From: Alphaproteobacteria bacterium | GTDB lineage: Bacteria > Pseudomonadota > Alphaproteobacteria > Bin95 | Reading direction: 5' to 3' | Length of the DNA stretch: 64,000 nucleotides | Assembly: GCA_964291285.2 (NCBI GenBank) | Contig: OZ219788.1 | Location: forward strand, 384,001 to 448,000 | In this document: in pieces, positions 59,647 through 64,000 of the stretch | How positions within the stretch are numbered: the first letter of the stretch is position 1 | Layout of the letters: every line of letters starts with the position of its first letter | Position numbers and translations under genes: made by a program | The notes under the pieces: model-generated | Told to the model about the DNA's origin: nothing | What the model saw: the letters and a program-made list of their open reading frames with translations, nothing else | Database searches by the model: none

Positions 59647-60474
59647 TCAGTGATAGGGGCGGTCGCCCTTGATGGTCACGCGCACCCCGCTCCTCGTCTC
59701 GGGATAGTAGTCCCAGGTCGCATGGTGCTGCGTGCAGCGGTTGTCCCACATTGCGATCGAGTTCTTCTGCCACCGGAACCGGCACTGGAACTGCGGCTTG
59801 GCGTTGTGCGCATAGAGGAACTCGAGCAGCGAATTGCTCTCCGTCTGCGTCATGCCCACGATGTTCTGCGTGAAGGGCCGGTTCACATAGATGAGCTTGC
59901 GGCCGGTTTCGGGGTGGGTGCGGATCACCGGGTGTATCGCGTGCGGATGCTCCTCCCGGCGCAGGCCGCCGCCGATCTGCTCGTAGCGGTTGCGATGCAC
60001 GTCGGCGGTGTGCAGCGCCTCCAGCGGCTCGAGGACGCTCTTCATGGTGTCGGAGAGCGCGTCGTAGGCGGCGTACATGTTCGCGAACAAGGTGTCGCCG
60101 CCGACCGACGGCACCGTGCTCAGGTGCAGGATGCTCGCCATCGGCGGCTCTTCGTCGGCGCTCACGTCCGTGTGCCAGTCGGTGCCCTCGGCGAAGGGCG
60201 ACGTCGCGTCGGCGTGGATCTTCATGAGCTCCGGGCGGTCGTCCACGCAGGGCGCCGACGGGTGGATGTGGAGCTCGCCGAAGCGGCGCCCGAACGCCAC
60301 ATGCTGTTCGTGGTCGATGTCCTGGTCGCGGAAGAAGAGCACGAGATGTTCGAGCAGCCCGCCGTGCAGCGTGCGGAACGCCTCGTCGTCGAGCGGCTCA
60401 CGCAGGTCCACCCCATGCACCTCCGCGCCGATATGGCGGGTGAGCGGCCTGAACTCGATAGTGTCGTTTCGCAT
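59647..60474 (-). CDS. TauD family Fe(II)/2OG dioxygenase
   Basis: IGAEV.GVDL, WHTDVS, GGDTLFA.M..AY..LS, HPV.RTHPETG, WDNRCTQH. Confidence 0.92.
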   Translation of the reverse strand: MRNDTIEFRPLTRHIGAEVHGVDLREPLDDEAFRTLHGGLLEHLVLFFRDQDIDHEQHVAFGRRFGELHIHPSAPCVDDRPELMKIHADATSPFAEGTDWHTDVSADEEPPMASILHLSTVPSVGGDTLFANMYAAYDALSDTMKSVLEPLEALHTADVHRNRYEQIGGGLRREEHPHAIHPVIRTHPETGRKLIYVNRPFTQNIVGMTQTESNSLLEFLYAHNAKPQFQCRFRWQKNSIAMWDNRCTQHHATWDYYPETRSGVRVTIKGDRPYH

Positions 60475-60628
60475 TGTTCCCTCCGACTGTGCACGGACAC
60501 ACCAGTACCCGCAATCATGCGCAAGCCCGCATGGAGGCGTCAATGATTCGATTCGCCCCGCTCGGAGCCGGCCGGCATCAAACCCTCCAGGTTATTCTTG
60601 AACTCTGGCGCGTTCGGGGCAATCCCTA

Positions 60629-61503
60629 GGCCCTGTGGACGTATTGACTCAGGAGCGTGTTCAGGGATTCCCGTGCGAGGATTTGTCTGAATCATGAGGC
60701 GTCGGCGATTCGGGGGTTTCTTTGATGTCGACGAAGATGACGAATGGAGACTGGGAGGTTGCGCTGGAGGTTTTCCGGCTTTGCCTTCCGAGGCGGGGTG
60801 CGAAGGCGAAGGACGACCGTCTGTTTCTGGAGGCGCTGCACTTCTTTGCGGTTCACAACATCACCTGGCGGGCGCTGCCGGAGCGGTTCGGGCACTGGAA
60901 TACGGTATGGCGGCGTTTTCACCGTCTGAGCCGTTCAGGGGTGTTCGAGGACTTTTTCGCCACGCTGGCGGATTTGAGCAGCACGGCGCACCTGGTTCAG
61001 ATGTTCGATTCGACCGTGACCCGCGCGCATGTATCGGCGGCCGGCGCAAAAGGGGGCAGCAGGGTCAGGCGCTTGGACGCTCGCGGGGCGGTTTCAGCAC
61101 CAAAATCCACCTGAAGACGGATTTCGACGGCCTGCCGATCGCCTTCGACCTGACCGGCGGCGAGGCTGCCGACAGTCCGCATTTCGAGACCCTGATGGAC
61201 ATCGGCCCCGATGTCCGGCCCCGCGCCATCGTCGCCGACAAGGGCTACGACAGCGCCGGAAACCGCCAACTCGCCCGGAAAAGAGGCGCCCTGACCGTCA
61301 TTCCCTACCGGAAGAACATCAAAAACAGGCCAAAGCGCTTCGCAAGCGCGCTCTACAGAGGACGGGCGCGCATCGAACAGGCCGTCGGCAAGCTCAAACG
61401 CTTCAAACGCATCGCCCTGCGCTGCGAAAAGACCGCCACAAACTTCAGCTCCTTCGTCGCACTCGCCGCTGCCTTCATCTTGATCAAATCCGTCCACAGG
61501 GCC
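60629..61503 (+). mobile_element. IS5-family element with split, frameshifted transposase
   Basis: 13-bp IR GGCCCTGTGGACG in a CTAG context; orfA 60725-61114, AAAAGGGGG slippery site near 61048-61056, orfB to 61506 with DKGYD and R.RIEQ..G.LK.FKRIA.R. Confidence 0.9.
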
Positions 61504-61765
61504 TAGTGCAGCGCCTCGCCTGTCTGCACAGTCTGGCAGCGTGCTTTGTGTTCGCGCCGGGCATCATATAGGTTTCGGGCCAGCCTCTTTTCGAGAACGT
61601 CCCATTGACTTGGATTCAGCGGGTGCGGAACATGCGGTCCCGATCGGACCGCCGTCGGCTCGGGCGGAATTCGGGCCGGGAGCCGGCGCGTTTACCGGCT
61701 GACCGCAGCGCCCCGGCCATAATCGAGCCCGGCGCGCCGCATACGCCCCGAGGCGTCCGCAACTG

Positions 61766-64000
61766 ATGGCGACGGCCCCCGCGGACAAGCACGGCATGGC
61801 AAGGCAACCACTTGCGACGCGATTTGCCGAACGGGTGCTCGCGTTCCGCTGGCCGGTCATTCTGACCACTCTGCTCATGGTCGCGGTCGCGTCGGGCGGC
61901 ATCGCTACGCTCGAATTTTCGGCCAACTACCGCATCTTTTTCGACGACGACAATCCGCAGCTTCTGGCGCTGGAAGCGCTGGAGAATACCTACGGGAAGA
62001 ACGAGAACATCGTGTTTCTGATCGTTCCGGATGACGGCGATGCCACCTCCGAGGATGCTCTCTCAGCCGCTGTCTGGCTTACAAAAGCCGCCTGGAACAC
62101 GCCATATTCGAGACGTGTCGATTCACTCGCCAATTTTCAGTACACGACCGCCGAGGGCGATGAACTGTTTGTGCGGGACCTTGTCGATCCGCAACAGCTG
62201 GACCGGGCCAAATTCCGCTCGCAAATCCGTGACATCGCTTCGTCGGATCCGCGTATCGCAGGCAGCATTCTGGCCCCGGACGGCGGTGTCAGCGTTGTAA
62301 ACGTCACCGTTGAACTGCCTCTGGAGGGCCTTCTGGAGGCCGTGGCCGAAGTGGCCGAATTCGCCAGGTCGGTCGATGCGGAGGCGGATGAGCGATTTGA
62401 CGGCATAGACCTGCGCATCGTCGGCACGGTCATGATCAACCAGACCTTCGTCGAAGCCTCGATCGAGAGCCAGATGATCTTCCTGCCCGCAAGCCTTCTG
62501 CTGATGGCGGTGGTGCTTGGCGTCCTCACCCGGGGATGGGCGGGGGTGGCGGCGACCGGCATGGTCATCGTCTTTTCCGTTTTGGCGTCGATGGGCCTGG
62601 GCGCGTGGGTCGGTTTGCCCTTCACCCCGCCGATTTCGCCGGCGCCGACCATCGTGCTGATGATCGTCGTGGCGAACTGCGTGCATCTGCTCGTGGCCTT
62701 GCAGCAGCGTCTGCGCGCCGGGGCCTCCAGGCACGAGGCCATCGTCGAAGCCGTCGCGCTCAACCTGCATCCGGTATTTCTGGCGAGCCTCACGACGGCG
62801 CTCGGGTTCCTCAGCATGAACTTTTCCGAAGTGCCGCCCTACCGCGATCTCGGCAACTTCGTCGCTTTCGGCATCGCCGCCTCCTTCATTCTGTCCGTCA
62901 CCTTTCTGCCGGCCGTCCTTTCGCTTCTCCCCATTCGCGCGCGCAAGGAACGGCGGCTTCGCGGGCCCGCCATGAGCCGCATCGCGGATGCCGTGCTGCG
63001 CCATCGCAAGGCGGTATTCTGAGCATGGCTGGTGATTGTGCCCGCAATGGCTCTGGCTGTCCCGCGCAACGAACTCAATGATGTCCTGGCTCATTTTTTC
63101 GACAAGAGCGTCGAGTTTCGCCAGGACACGGACTTCATGGACGAGCGCCTGAGCGGCAATACCTCGCTCGAATACTCGCTGGAAGCGTCCGCCGAGGGCG
63201 GGGTCACCGATCCCGTTTTCCTCGCAGAGGTCTCGCAATTCGCCGAGTGGTACCGCGCGCAAGCCCCCGTTCGCCACGTGGCGGTCATCACCGATACCTT
63301 TCGCCAGCTCAACAAGAGCATGCATGGCGACGATCCGGCCGCCTACCGGATTCCGGAAAGCAAGGAGCTGGCGGCGCAATACCTGCTCCTCTATGAGCTC
63401 TCGCTTCCGCAGGGTCTCGACCTGAACAATCAGATCGACAGATCCAGGTCGGCTACGCGCGTGACGGTATCGGCAAAGACGCTTTCTTCGCAGGAGCTTC
63501 TTGACCTCAATGCGCGCGCCGAGGCCTGGCTGGAGGAAAACGCGCCGAACATTGCCGACGTCAACAGCACCGGTCCCGCGGCGCTGTTCGCCTATATCGG
63601 GCAGCGCAACATCCGCGCCATGCTCGTCGGAACACTGGCCGTGATCCTGGCCATTTCCGTCATTCTCCTCTTCGCCTTGCGGTCGCTAAGGCTCGGCCTG
63701 ATAAGCATCGTTCCCAATCTGGTTCCCGCCGTGCTGGGCTTTGGAATCTGGGGGTTGACGGTCGGGCAGGTGGGACTGTCGCTGTCGGTCGTGGTGGCCA
63801 TGACGGTCGGCATCGTCGTGGACGACACGGTGCATTTCCTCGCCAAATTCCGCCGGGCGCGGCGCGAATACGGCCATGGCCCTGAAGAAGCGGTGCATTA
63901 TGCTTTCGATACCGCCGGGCGGGCCCTGTTCACGACGACGGTCGTGCTGGTAGCCGGTTTCCTGATACTCGTGTTCTCTCCGTTCGTTCCCACCGCGCAG
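61766..64000 (+). pseudogene. MMPL/RND-family transporter with an in-frame TGA at 63020-63022 (runs off the window)
   Basis: VAN.VH and SLTT.LGF in the first half; the frame continues after TGA with LNKSMHGDD..LAAQYLLLYE and GIVVDDTVHF. Confidence 0.8.

Noticed and set aside
63020-63022. Selenocysteine recoding of the MMPL TGA
   Set aside because: Hydrophobic TM context suits Trp, not a catalytic Cys or Sec; no evident SECIS hairpin.

Overview
High-GC, alphaproteobacterium-like chromosomal window (host assignment is inference from ftsK-lolA, porin, TRAP and yghU content). 1-15.3 kb is mostly core or catabolic: fhs 3' end, SDR, a ferredoxin/reductase/Rieske oxygenase/glutamine-synthetase-like operon, an IS701-family element, PhyH dioxygenase, a zeta-like ATPase pair, lolA-ftsK, EamA, and a porin with very large Cys-paired loops. 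16.1-40.7 kb is a rearranged mobile/defence island. It holds a truncated IS3; an IS21-derived ~5.75-kb unit whose terminal repeats enclose a Cys-rich ORF, istA, istB and a DUF3991/Toprim primase-like gene (split by an IS1380); a leading-region-like block (ssb, small ORFs, a five-finger Cys-repeat protein); a cassette between 213-bp direct repeats (RelE/HigA-like TA, DUF5131 plus TcmP, truncated type ISP nuclease); a type IIG R-M enzyme; a truncated RTX protein; and an IS630/IS66/IS701 pile-up with non-matching flanks. 41-64 kb is a catabolic/detox block (enolase, hydrolases, TRAP, two TauD, two GST, M20 peptidase, TPR, LLM monooxygenase, ThDP enzyme, GGT), an IS5, and an MMPL/RND gene with an in-frame TGA. 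No rRNA, intact tRNA or CRISPR array was seen. The best candidates for novel biology are the primase-carrying IS21 unit, the DUF5131-TcmP module in its repeat-bounded cassette, and the five-finger protein. All family calls are from motif recognition, without database searches.
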